Shown: positions 40,023 through 48,862, counted from the first letter of the stretch. The stretch is 64,000 nucleotides of DNA from Patescibacteria group bacterium (GCA_041660005.1 JBAZXG010000004.1:69720-133719); one strand, 5' to 3'. The notes: generated by a model from the sequence alone, not told the origin. A program made the numbers and translations.

Positions 40023-41534
40023 TTATCCCAAACTCTTCCTAATTTTACCGGTGGCAATAATTAACTTCTTCAGCTCCGCAGTGTCGTTTTTTAGCAGCAA
40101 AACATTACCGGAAATATTTTTATGTAACCACTCTTCCTTGGTTTTTGGTCCAAGCTCAATCCCAAAAATATTTTCCACATGCGCAATGCTCTTTTCAACC
40201 GCCTGCCAAGCTTTATTTTTTCTACACAAAATTTTGAGATTGTCTTTGTTTACATACTTTCCGGCCTCGGCTATATCCTTCTCTAAGTTAATATAGTGCC
40301 TGAAGACTAACTCCCGCTCTTTAATGCTCAACGCTTTTAGCGCCTGTCCCAAACCAATAAACTCTGGGGGTACGCCAAGAGAATAAAAAGCAGAGGTGAA
40401 GGAAATAGCGCGCGGCAAATAATTCCCGCCAATCTTTCGCTTGTAAGCCAAAAAACCGATGTGCAATTTTCTTTCTCGTCTTTTGGGAACGCTGTCAAAA
40501 AAAGGCACCATATCCTTAACAACACGAACCAATGTTGATTGGTAAACTTTTTCAAACTTCCCGATAACTGTTCTCAGGGTCTTCGTTTCTGTTTTGCTCA
40601 ATAGAACGGCCTCTGTTGAGGGAAGTTTCTCCTCTAAAACCCGAACGGTCTTTTTCACTTCGTCCAAGGGGTAATCATAACGGCAAGCTGATTGCATGGT
40701 TACGGTTCTCACACCTGCATATTCCTTAATGAAGTTATGTACGTTTTTTGGGTTGAAACCACCACGAAAAACTAAACTGCCAACGCCAATAATCGGATAC
40801 ATGGCGACACCTGTTTCGTTTTCAAAATGTTTTAATTCTGACAACGCAATTTTGTTAGCCAGCACGTTAGCCACAAGGCCAGACAACATAGCAGGGTCAC
40901 TTCTCGCCAAAAAAACTCTTAGGTACTCTGGCTTTCTTTTAAACCGCTTCTTGTACAGGGCAAAATAATCGTCGAGTAACTTGCGGATGTTCGCCTGAAA
41001 TTTTACATCTTCCACCAGCGGAATGATTTCCAAGTAGTCGGAGTTCACATTTTTTTGATGTTCAAACTCTCGCGACTTAAAACGTGCCAACTTGGTGAAG
41101 CAGTCTTGAATATAAACTAACTGCTCAGCTTTTTCGGTCATGGGCAAAATTACTTCAAACAAGGGTCTCGAACGAAATTTTAAATCTTTGGCAAAATCTT
41201 CGCTCGTTAAAATGACGAGCAGTGCGCGGAGTAAACTATACCCTTTTTCCAGCCAAATATTCGGTAAACGAAACGTCAAAAATTTTTCCTTACCCAATTG
41301 GTTGTCTTTGAAAAATTTGTAATGCTCAGAAAACAATTTATCAATCACCGCTTCGTCAGCGTATTTGCCTTCCCAGTCCCACATAAATTCATCAACGCCC
41401 AAGTCCTGATAACAGGACATGGCTTCGCGCAGTTCTTCAGAAATGCTCACAAACCCATCGCCATCACTCTCCCAGTAAGGAGCGCTGGCATTATCGGGGT
41501 GTTGCGTCGCTAAAATCGAAGAAATTTTTCTCAT
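40023..41534 (-). CDS. ppcA: Archaeal-type phosphoenolpyruvate carboxylase
   Basis: TQHPDNA, MWDWEGK, FEVILPM, FLARSDPA, LPRAISFT, G.PPE and terminal R.SLG motifs; ~500 aa. Confidence 0.92.
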   Translation of the reverse strand: MRKISSILATQHPDNASAPYWESDGDGFVSISEELREAMSCYQDLGVDEFMWDWEGKYADEAVIDKLFSEHYKFFKDNQLGKEKFLTFRLPNIWLEKGYSLLRALLVILTSEDFAKDLKFRSRPLFEVILPMTEKAEQLVYIQDCFTKLARFKSREFEHQKNVNSDYLEIIPLVEDVKFQANIRKLLDDYFALYKKRFKRKPEYLRVFLARSDPAMLSGLVANVLANKIALSELKHFENETGVAMYPIIGVGSLVFRGGFNPKNVHNFIKEYAGVRTVTMQSACRYDYPLDEVKKTVRVLEEKLPSTEAVLLSKTETKTLRTVIGKFEKVYQSTLVRVVKDMVPFFDSVPKRRERKLHIGFLAYKRKIGGNYLPRAISFTSAFYSLGVPPEFIGLGQALKALSIKERELVFRHYINLEKDIAEAGKYVNKDNLKILCRKNKAWQAVEKSIAHVENIFGIELGPKTKEEWLHKNISGNVLLLKNDTAELKKLIIATGKIRKSLG

Positions 41535-41536
41535 AC

Positions 41537-42739
41537 CTATGCACGCTTTTTTAGGTACGCCTCCAACCCTTTTGCTAAAACGACGATAGCTTCTTTGAGG
41601 GCGCTCGTTTTTAAGACATAGGCAATTCTAATCTCCTGCTTACCTAAACCTTTGGTAATATAAAAATCTTCCATTGGCGTAACCAAAACCGTTTGACCTT
41701 TATATCTGAATTTCGTAATCAAAAAATGAACAAAATCTTCGCTACTTTTTATTGGCAACTTTATCACTTGGTAAAAGGCCCCTGCGGGTTTCGAGTACTG
41801 CACCCCCGGCACGTTCCGCAAGACACGACCAACAACCAAGGAACGCTGAGCGTACTCTTTTTTTATTTTCTTGATATACCCTTTTGACGCCCCAAGCATT
41901 CTCGTCGTACTTATTTGCCCAAGCGTGGAAGCTGACAACCTGATCATGGCTATTTTTAGAATCGCAGACATTATTTCTTCGTTGTAACTTATAACGGCTC
42001 CGATTCTGATGCCGGGCGCCGAAAAACGTTTCGATAAACTATCAACCACGACCGTGTTTTGACGGGCTGATGTATAGGTTAAAATCGTTTCCGCCTTACC
42101 TTTAAAGACAATGCCGCGATAGGTCTCGTCCGCAATAATGAATAAGTTCTTTTTACGGGCAATTGCTATGAGCGAGCGACCTTCTTTGTCGCTCCAAACT
42201 TTACCGGTTGGGTTGTCGGGGTTAATAAGAATGATCGCTTTTGTCTTAGCGGTAATTTGTTTTACCACTTCACCGACTGATGGCAGTAGAAAATTGTTTT
42301 CAATTTTCATGGTTACCGGCTTCAAGGTAATGTTGCAAAGCGCGGCAAAACCTTTGTAGCTCGTATACAGGGGTTCAAACACGATCACCTCGTCCCCCGG
42401 GTCGGTTACGGCCATGAGCGCCATCAAGATACCTTCGGCGGCGCCTTGGGTGGGCACAATGTTTGCTGGCCTGACCTTGATGCCTAATTCCTTGTAATAT
42501 TTAATCCACGCCTCAATGTGCGACTTAATACCCGGCGACGGTGCATAGGGCATGTTCGGACTTTTATATTTTCCAATATCCTCTCGAAGCATCTTCGGCA
42601 TCTCAATATCCGGATCCCCGACATTTAGCTCAAAAACTTTCACGCCATCGTTTTTGGCCTTAATAACGAAGGGTAAAAACTTTCTGATGGGTGAAGCAAT
42701 TAACTGCTGCGACCTTTTAGAGACTAGTAATTTTTTCAT
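41537..42739 (-). CDS. PLP-dependent class I/II aminotransferase (aspartate aminotransferase-like)
   Basis: LNVGDPD, NPDNPTG, DETY and SLSKRFSAPGIRIG motifs; start at ATG 42739. Confidence 0.9.
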   Translation of the reverse strand: MKKLLVSKRSQQLIASPIRKFLPFVIKAKNDGVKVFELNVGDPDIEMPKMLREDIGKYKSPNMPYAPSPGIKSHIEAWIKYYKELGIKVRPANIVPTQGAAEGILMALMAVTDPGDEVIVFEPLYTSYKGFAALCNITLKPVTMKIENNFLLPSVGEVVKQITAKTKAIILINPDNPTGKVWSDKEGRSLIAIARKKNLFIIADETYRGIVFKGKAETILTYTSARQNTVVVDSLSKRFSAPGIRIGAVISYNEEIMSAILKIAMIRLSASTLGQISTTRMLGASKGYIKKIKKEYAQRSLVVGRVLRNVPGVQYSKPAGAFYQVIKLPIKSSEDFVHFLITKFRYKGQTVLVTPMEDFYITKGLGKQEIRIAYVLKTSALKEAIVVLAKGLEAYLKKRA

Positions 42740-42808
42740 AGCAAAGAGTACAAAGATTATACTACGCACCCGCTAGACGGGCAACGAGACCGTAGAAAAT
42801 GCTAGGGA

Positions 42809-43432
42809 CTACTCTGACCAACTCCTATACTGCTGTTTCAACATGCGCAGTTGTTGCGTACTGAGGTTACGGTAGACAGCTAACCAGTCACGAGCAATTT
42901 GTCTCTGCGCCGCCCCCAGTCCCACGCGGCCGGCGCACACCTCTTGGTGTAAAAAATTTTCAACGAGGTCCTTTTCGTGATACCCCGGCTTTGGATCGGC
43001 CGCCTCAGGAAAAAGATTAGCAACATCATTGCTGCCCCCAAGCTCAAGCGGAATAAGGTGATCAGCTTCATAGGCGCCAAACGTCTGTGGATACGCTAAG
43101 CCATACGCTTGATAGATTGCCTCTTTGGTTAGTGTTGAAACATTGCGAACTGACGCGCTATACCCTTGCACGCAAATTTCATCCTTACTGGCATTAGAAA
43201 AAATAGCGCCCGGAGTACAGTCGTGATCCGGCAGGCCGTCATGTGCTTGGCATTGACTCGTCTTTTGCGGCAGATCGAAAACAACACGTTGATTGTCGCT
43301 GCTGGAAAGAAGCGCTGCAAGGCGCTGACCTTTTGTTATGGTCGAGCCATGCAAAGCTAAGTAAAAAAGAACAACTGCCAGAGCAATAAATGCGAGCGGT
43401 AAAATAATTTTGTACTTCGGCAGGGCCGCCAT
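42809..43432 (-). CDS. Secreted/membrane-anchored HNH-family nuclease-like protein
   Basis: N-terminal TM; TPGA, YEADHLIPLELGGSNDVANLFPE and KD.VEN.LH..VC motifs. Confidence 0.75.
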   Translation of the reverse strand: MAALPKYKIILPLAFIALAVVLFYLALHGSTITKGQRLAALLSSSDNQRVVFDLPQKTSQCQAHDGLPDHDCTPGAIFSNASKDEICVQGYSASVRNVSTLTKEAIYQAYGLAYPQTFGAYEADHLIPLELGGSNDVANLFPEAADPKPGYHEKDLVENFLHQEVCAGRVGLGAAQRQIARDWLAVYRNLSTQQLRMLKQQYRSWSE

Positions 43433-43492
43433 ATATTTCTTCTGCTAGAGCCGTACAACGCCTGTCGCTCCCCTTTCAAACACAGCAATGAC

Positions 43493-44863
43493 TTACCAAC
43501 CGAAAAGTTTTCCAATTTCTTCCGGCGTTTCACGACGACGCGCCAGCGTAATAGCGCCATCCTGCGCAACTATCTTTGCGGGTGAGGAAAGCAAACAGTG
43601 ATGCGAAGCCAACGCATCTTGGTAGGCGCCAGTATCAAAAATGGCAATGTACTGATGTTCCTCTTCGCCAAGATCGTCAAGGTCCGGCAATCGAATGTAG
43701 GTACCGGAGGCAGTGTATTTGTCGTCAGAATCGCAAGAACTACCCGTCAACCAAACGGGCAATAATTTTCTCGCATTCATACGGTTGACTGGTACGACGT
43801 GCCATTTCTGGTGAATCGCCCAGGTGTCCAGGAGGTCGTTCATAAAACTGCCGTCAATGACGTACCATAACTTTTTGGATCCGCCGCCAACGGGCTTTGA
43901 ATGGATGATACGGAAAATAGAAATTTGCGCTGGAGCAGCTGCATAACGACCCCACTCAACAATCAGATGTGGGCTTGGCACGCCGGCCTTGGCGGTCATT
44001 TTACCAATTGTTTTGACGAGACTGTTGGCAATGGTATCAACGGTGTACAGTTTCTTTTTTCCATAAGGAACAGCGAAACCACCGCCAAGATCAAGCGTGT
44101 CAAGTGTCGGATTTGTTTTACGAAGCTGAATATAGAGCGCCGTAAGACGTTGAGCTGCTCGAACAATGTCTTTGCCGTCTTCAATTTGTGATCCGAGGTG
44201 GTAGTGAAGAATTTTTAGATTTCTAATCCGCCCCAGTTTCAAAATCTCTTCTGGCGGAGAGCCAAATTGATCAAAACGCTTATCCCAGTGCGACCGAACT
44301 TTTATATCAATGTTAGCGCGAATGCCCACGTCCCCCTTAAATCCTTTGAGCCGTTGAATTTCACCAAGGTCTTCGATAATCGGAATAATAGTGAGGCCCA
44401 TGTTACGAAGCTCAGAGATGAGGTCAATGTACTTTGGTATCTTCGGACCATTGCAGAGCACTTTGATGTTGGCGTTGAAGTGGTTCTGACCCCATAACTT
44501 TTTCAATAGCCAAAGTTCGTTGTACGAGGTAACCTCGAGATTCGCACCCTCGGAAAGAATTGGAATGATGAACTCTTTATTCTGGTTCACCTTCATGGGG
44601 TAATGGTACGAAATGCGACCGCGATACTTGGCACGCACCATGGCGGTCTTAAACGCCGCAAATAAATCCTCGACTTTTTGCTCGAGAATGTGAGGAAAAA
44701 CGATTTCTAAAGGCGACCCGTATTTTTTAACTAAATCAAAAATGTTGTACTGGTAATTTCCTTCCTTCACAATCAAATTACCATCGCGGCTCACGTCAAA
44801 CCACTGCGTATTCAGTTCTGTCCGGCCTAATTTCCAAAACTTGCGTACCGAGTTTGTCGCCAT
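43493..44863 (-). CDS. Fold-III PLP basic amino acid decarboxylase (short arginine-decarboxylase-like)
   Basis: YPMKVN, HYHLGSQI, DLGGGF, EWGRY, CDSDD and GAYQ motifs; start at ATG 44863. Confidence 0.85.
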   Translation of the reverse strand: MATNSVRKFWKLGRTELNTQWFDVSRDGNLIVKEGNYQYNIFDLVKKYGSPLEIVFPHILEQKVEDLFAAFKTAMVRAKYRGRISYHYPMKVNQNKEFIIPILSEGANLEVTSYNELWLLKKLWGQNHFNANIKVLCNGPKIPKYIDLISELRNMGLTIIPIIEDLGEIQRLKGFKGDVGIRANIDIKVRSHWDKRFDQFGSPPEEILKLGRIRNLKILHYHLGSQIEDGKDIVRAAQRLTALYIQLRKTNPTLDTLDLGGGFAVPYGKKKLYTVDTIANSLVKTIGKMTAKAGVPSPHLIVEWGRYAAAPAQISIFRIIHSKPVGGGSKKLWYVIDGSFMNDLLDTWAIHQKWHVVPVNRMNARKLLPVWLTGSSCDSDDKYTASGTYIRLPDLDDLGEEEHQYIAIFDTGAYQDALASHHCLLSSPAKIVAQDGAITLARRRETPEEIGKLFGW

Positions 44864-44876
44864 AGTGTTGCAACCG

Positions 44877-44975
44877 CTACTTGAGGCGACCGTGACTAAC
44901 CTCCGAACCAATGATTACTCTCACCCGCTGAACGCTGAGCGACTGTTTCACTAGACAAGCTTTGTTCTGTTTCAT
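44877..44975 (-). CDS. Candidate 32-aa leader peptide MKQNKACLVKQSLSVQRVRVIIGSEVSHGRLK
   Basis: Open ATG-to-TAG frame between a putative promoter (TTGCGG-17-TACGAT) and the decarboxylase ATG, which lies 13 nt downstream. Confidence 0.35.
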   Translation of the reverse strand: MKQNKACLVKQSLSVQRVRVIIGSEVSHGRLK

Positions 44976-45121
44976 TTCGTAGAATTGATTATGCAAAACG
45001 ATGCAATCGTAGCATGGGCGCTTCAGCACCGCAAGAGTTTCGCTGTGTAAAAAGGTACCCTTATGCTTCGCATCCTTTTATCGAACGAGACATCGACTAT
45101 TTTAGACATAAATTTAGACAC

Positions 45122-45166
45122 AAAAGGCAGGAAGGGGCGGCACCGTTAGATTGGTGCCGCCCCTTC
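45122..45166 (-). terminator. Intrinsic terminator of the 45193-45747 gene
   Basis: 14-bp stem GAAGGGGCGGCACC/GGTGCCGCCCCTTC with a T-run on the minus strand. Confidence 0.75.
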
Positions 45167-45192
45167 AGGGTTGTTGTAGTGCTTGCTGAGTA

Positions 45193-45747
45193 CTAGTCCG
45201 CAACCAGCAAATAGGCAAGGTCATCGTTCGATGGATCGTCCGGGTCAGGTGCCCGCCGGAGCTCAACTATGAGCTGCCCTCCTGATTGAGGACGAACGCA
45301 CAGGACGACCCCCTCGACGCTCAGTGGACGTTCTGGCAGCGCCGAGAGTCCGAACTCACCAAGCTCCATGAGATGCCACCGCTGGTAGGTAAAGACGGGT
45401 GGGTATCGCCGCACGAAGGCGAACAGATCTGCCGCGTTGGCGCTCCGCAGTCCGCAACGAGCAAGCGTAAGATTGTCGCAAGGCGCTCCTCGTCCACGGC
45501 TGTCGACGAATGCACGAATCGTCCGCACGGTTCCATCCTTTCGTCCTAGTTCGCCGAGGGACGAAAAACCTGCCATCCTCAGGTTTACCGGCAGAAGACA
45601 GCGAACCCCTCGCCTGATCGGCTCACCGTCAATGAAGCCGCCCTCGTTGCCGATAAGCTGCTCGATCGTCAGTCGCCCGTCGACGACGATCTCCTGCCCG
45701 CGCCCGAAATACCGCCACCGCCAAAAACGTTGCCTCAAAGTCGCCAT
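45193..45747 (-). CDS. Hypothetical protein (GC-rich islet)
   Basis: GGAGGG SD, upstream TTGACA-17-TAAGTT promoter and downstream terminator; VVD..LTIEQLI and GLRSA...LFAF..RYP segments. Confidence 0.65.
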   Translation of the reverse strand: MATLRQRFWRWRYFGRGQEIVVDGRLTIEQLIGNEGGFIDGEPIRRGVRCLLPVNLRMAGFSSLGELGRKDGTVRTIRAFVDSRGRGAPCDNLTLARCGLRSANAADLFAFVRRYPPVFTYQRWHLMELGEFGLSALPERPLSVEGVVLCVRPQSGGQLIVELRRAPDPDDPSNDDLAYLLVAD

Positions 45748-46012
45748 GCTACCCTCCGTTTCCGACCTTGTGGCCGGTTGCTGTGCTCACTTGAGCCCTA
45801 TGCTAGGAACTGACCGTAAACCATTTTCTTGGCTCTCCATAACCAAGAAAGCGTTACGTAACTTAACAGACGGATTACCGTGTGTCAAAGATGAAAAAAA
45901 TTTGAGTTTAAACTTTCTGCAACCTTTTCAGGAAAAAATGCTGACAAAATTATTATACGAAAAGTGCACATCCTTACGCTAGACACCCTTACCTTTCCTA
46001 GTCGCAGGGTTC

Positions 46013-46621
46013 TTATATGTACGAGGAAACCAGCGAATTACTGCAAGCCATACAACCATTACTGAATGTTTGCCGAACAGGATTGCACGGCGCTTTGACG
46101 CATTGAACGTTCACCGTAGCGCAAACAGGATCAAACTCTTGTGTACATAATTTATTTCGCTGTGACGGCAGACAATCAATATTTCCGTCAGTTATCGGAA
46201 CGAGCCCGGTACAACGCCAATTGATTTCCGCCGTTCTTGTTTCTTCGCTCACCACGCAAGCGGGATTACAACCCTTTTGTGTAGCATTTAAATTAGCATC
46301 GAACCACCACGTTTTAGAATTTTCATTATAATACCCCGAAGTAAGTGACTCTCCACCTTTGATACAGGTCTTCTCGGCAATATCTTTTGCTTCTGCTTCC
46401 GAAATCGTCACAGGAGAAGCAGAATTTTCGGTTGGACAAACGGCAAATTCACAGTTCGGACCACTGCGGCCAACCGCACTTCCGTCCGGACAAATTTTTG
46501 CTTCTTGGGTACAAGATTTTTCAGCTCCTTTTTTTGAAATATTGACTTGGTACATAGCGTAACTAGAGGCACCTATAACAACTACCACAATAACAGCAAC
46601 CAAAATAATTACTTTTTTCAT
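46013..46621 (-). CDS. Membrane-anchored Cys-rich protein with a C-terminal Kazal-like domain (apparently cut by a TAA)
   Basis: CTQEAKICPDGS..GR.GPNCEF..CP and CTQEFDPVC...TFSNGCMAC motifs; YI*EPCD* in frame. Confidence 0.8.
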   Translation of the reverse strand: MKKVIILVAVIVVVVIGASSYAMYQVNISKKGAEKSCTQEAKICPDGSAVGRSGPNCEFAVCPTENSASPVTISEAEAKDIAEKTCIKGGESLTSGYYNENSKTWWFDANLNATQKGCNPACVVSEETRTAEINWRCTGLVPITDGNIDCLPSQRNKLCTQEFDPVCATVNVQCVKAPCNPVRQTFSNGCMACSNSLVSSYI

Positions 46622-46747
46622 ATGTTTAAAATCACGTTACTCAATTATTTTATAAATACTACTTTACCAATATACCGCAAATCGAGTGATTCTTCACTCC
46701 ACAACGACATTCCAACATTCTTGCTTGCCCGTCCGTAGTCCGTGATA

Positions 46748-47035
46748 TCAGACGAAGGTGGGAGAATGTGAGAATGTTTTAATGAACGCAACAAAACGTT
46801 TACCGTATGGTGAAAGTGAATGGGCAACCGATCGCCCTTGATAAACTTTATTCACCAATCCTGCATGCACAAGACGCCTCGTGTGCTCAGAAATCGTTTT
46901 AATGTTACATTGTAGCGCCTCGGCAATTTGCTCAACGGTAATGCCGTCTCGTTTATTTATAAGCAAAAGAATCTCGAGGCGACGGTGGTTCGCAGCGCCT
47001 TTAAAGTACCTCTCCAATTGTTTCCCTGTTTTCAT
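46748..47035 (-). CDS. ArsR-like winged-helix protein
   Basis: FKGAANHRRLEIL...EQIAEAL...TISEHTRRLVHAGLV.K...G pattern. Confidence 0.85.
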   Translation of the reverse strand: MKTGKQLERYFKGAANHRRLEILLLINKRDGITVEQIAEALQCNIKTISEHTRRLVHAGLVNKVYQGRSVAHSLSPYGKRFVAFIKTFSHSPTFV

Positions 47036-47054
47036 ATTATCTACACTACCACAT

Positions 47055-47084
47055 CATTCCTACATTCTCAAGAATGTAGGAATG
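47055..47084. repeat. Perfect 14-bp inverted repeat CATTCCTACATTCT-ca-AGAATGTAGGAATG
   Basis: Direct reading; related half-sites at ~46708 and ~46762. Confidence 0.85.
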
Positions 47085-47151
47085 TTACAATAAAAGTAAC
47101 GAACGACATTTTATTTATGCTATCCTATAGGTAATTAAACGATAAACAAAT

Positions 47152-47679
47152 ATGGGGAAACCTGACATCACCAGCACAGGATACTCAGCCGAGCAAGCGG
47201 AAGCAGCTGAATCACTATTTAAAAAAGAGAGGGACGAAGCGGAAAAGCGAGAGTATTTATCTTTAGAAATTTTTCACAGCAAGTATGACCAGAACCTGTG
47301 CGTGATATGGTCAACAGAACAAATGATCAAACTTTTAAGAAACCTGCTACTTAAGTCACCGAGTTACAGCGAAGCAACATCACACCAGGAAGTAGCGTCT
47401 TTAATTTCACCAGGAAATTGTTTGGAATTCGAAATACCATTTAGTGACGGAGTGGTGCGCAAAATAAGATTGGAAATATATATTACCCAATCATCAGGCG
47501 TAAAAGGAGTTGAGTTTTCTATTGCAGTGCCAGATCAATGGATAGAAACAAAATCTGAGTATGGGAACCCGCGCTTTAGCCTGCCCGCTGAAATTTTGTC
47601 TCAACTCAAGGAAATAGTGGAAGACGCAGCAAAAGAATTACCAACAAATATGCAAGATGATGAAAATAAAACCGACTAG
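47152..47679 (+). CDS. Hypothetical acidic protein
   Basis: 175-aa ORF, AT-rich, preceded by a TGCTATCCT extended -10-like motif. Confidence 0.6.
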   Translation: MGKPDITSTGYSAEQAEAAESLFKKERDEAEKREYLSLEIFHSKYDQNLCVIWSTEQMIKLLRNLLLKSPSYSEATSHQEVASLISPGNCLEFEIPFSDGVVRKIRLEIYITQSSGVKGVEFSIAVPDQWIETKSEYGNPRFSLPAEILSQLKEIVEDAAKELPTNMQDDENKTD

Positions 47680-48364
47680 CATCGTCAAGCGAAATCGATA
47701 CTGGAATCAGAGATTTTCCAAAGGTGCTATTTACACAAAGAGGCCATCAAGCATACTAAGCAATTTTCAAATAGCACAGTATCTTAAAAAGGGCAGAGGA
47801 AAGTCAATGCTCGTTGTCGGCGGCGGCTACGGCAGAAACGCGGCTCTTTTAGCCAAACAAGGATGGCGAGTAACCAACACGGACGTTTCGCGTCATGCCA
47901 TAACCCTAGGCAAACAAATATACGAAAGAACACCAAACTTACATTTTCAGATCGATGATGCCACTAAGACAGGATTACCATCAGGGAGGTTTGATGCTGT
48001 TGTGTGTCTTTATGTATTAAGTTTGTTTACACTTGAAGAAGTAGCGGCATGCTTACGCGGTATTCGCCGTGTTTTAAAACCTCATAGTATATTCCTTTGT
48101 AATTTCCTTGCTTTGAGCGATGATGAATATAAACGCAGCACGAAAACAAAATCCAACACTATTCTCTTGGACAAAGGTCAACAACTTGTTCAATTCTATG
48201 CACGAGGAGATGCCACTGCGCTTATTCGTGCCCAAGGTTTTTCAATTAAGCAGGTTCATTACGCAACTGAAATACGTTTTGTGGACATTCTCAAACAGAA
48301 TATCACCTCACGGTCTTGGGTAATAGTGGCTACGAAGTCATCTACAAATAATCCGAAGGCATAA
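47657..48364 (+). CDS. Class I SAM-dependent methyltransferase
   Basis: LVVGGGYGRN, TDVS, FDAVVC and RVLKP motifs. Confidence 0.88.
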   Translation: MMKIKPTSIVKRNRYWNQRFSKGAIYTKRPSSILSNFQIAQYLKKGRGKSMLVVGGGYGRNAALLAKQGWRVTNTDVSRHAITLGKQIYERTPNLHFQIDDATKTGLPSGRFDAVVCLYVLSLFTLEEVAACLRGIRRVLKPHSIFLCNFLALSDDEYKRSTKTKSNTILLDKGQQLVQFYARGDATALIRAQGFSIKQVHYATEIRFVDILKQNITSRSWVIVATKSSTNNPKA

Positions 48365-48478
48365 AGTAACCGAGGTGTGCTTAGGCCCTATCAAAAAATA
48401 AAAAATGCGCCCACTCTTGCTGCTGCAAACCTCGAGTGCTAGAATTATGCAAGTACGCTATCAACCATTTTAATTTTT

Positions 48479-48862
48479 ATGTCAAAATATCGAAATATAC
48501 TTATTGTCATTCTTGTCGCGCTCGTTGTGGTTTTTGGAGGAATCGTGGCATATCTTACGCTCCGCTCGTCTGGGTCACCGAAATATACAGCGGTGTATCT
48601 GACAACCGGTGAAATCTACATTGGTGAGTTAGCGCGGTTCCCAAAATTGACACTAACAAACCCTTACCTTCTGCAGCTCGTGAGAGAGCAGGCAGCGACA
48701 GATCAGTCGGCAGCAAAACCACCATCTTTCCAACTCGTTCCCCTTTCTGGCACCGTATGGGCACCTCAGAAACTCTACCTCAACCCCCAGCAAGTCATTT
48801 TCTCGGCCCCGCTTAGGGACGACAGTAAGGTCGTTCAGGGTATGAACAATAAAAGTAAGTAG
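48479..48862 (+). CDS. Membrane-anchored hypothetical protein (CPR-type YxAVYLTxGxxYxG family)
   Basis: N-terminal TM; YTAVYLTTGEIYIGEL...LTNPYLLQ...QVIF..PLRDDSKV. Confidence 0.75.
   Translation: MSKYRNILIVILVALVVVFGGIVAYLTLRSSGSPKYTAVYLTTGEIYIGELARFPKLTLTNPYLLQLVREQAATDQSAAKPPSFQLVPLSGTVWAPQKLYLNPQQVIFSAPLRDDSKVVQGMNNKSK

Noticed and set aside
45748-45790. SRP-RNA-like AGGTCGGAAACGGAG on the minus strand
   Set aside because: It lacks the conserved AGCAG half of the loop and a long closing helix, and it overlaps the SD of the downstream gene.
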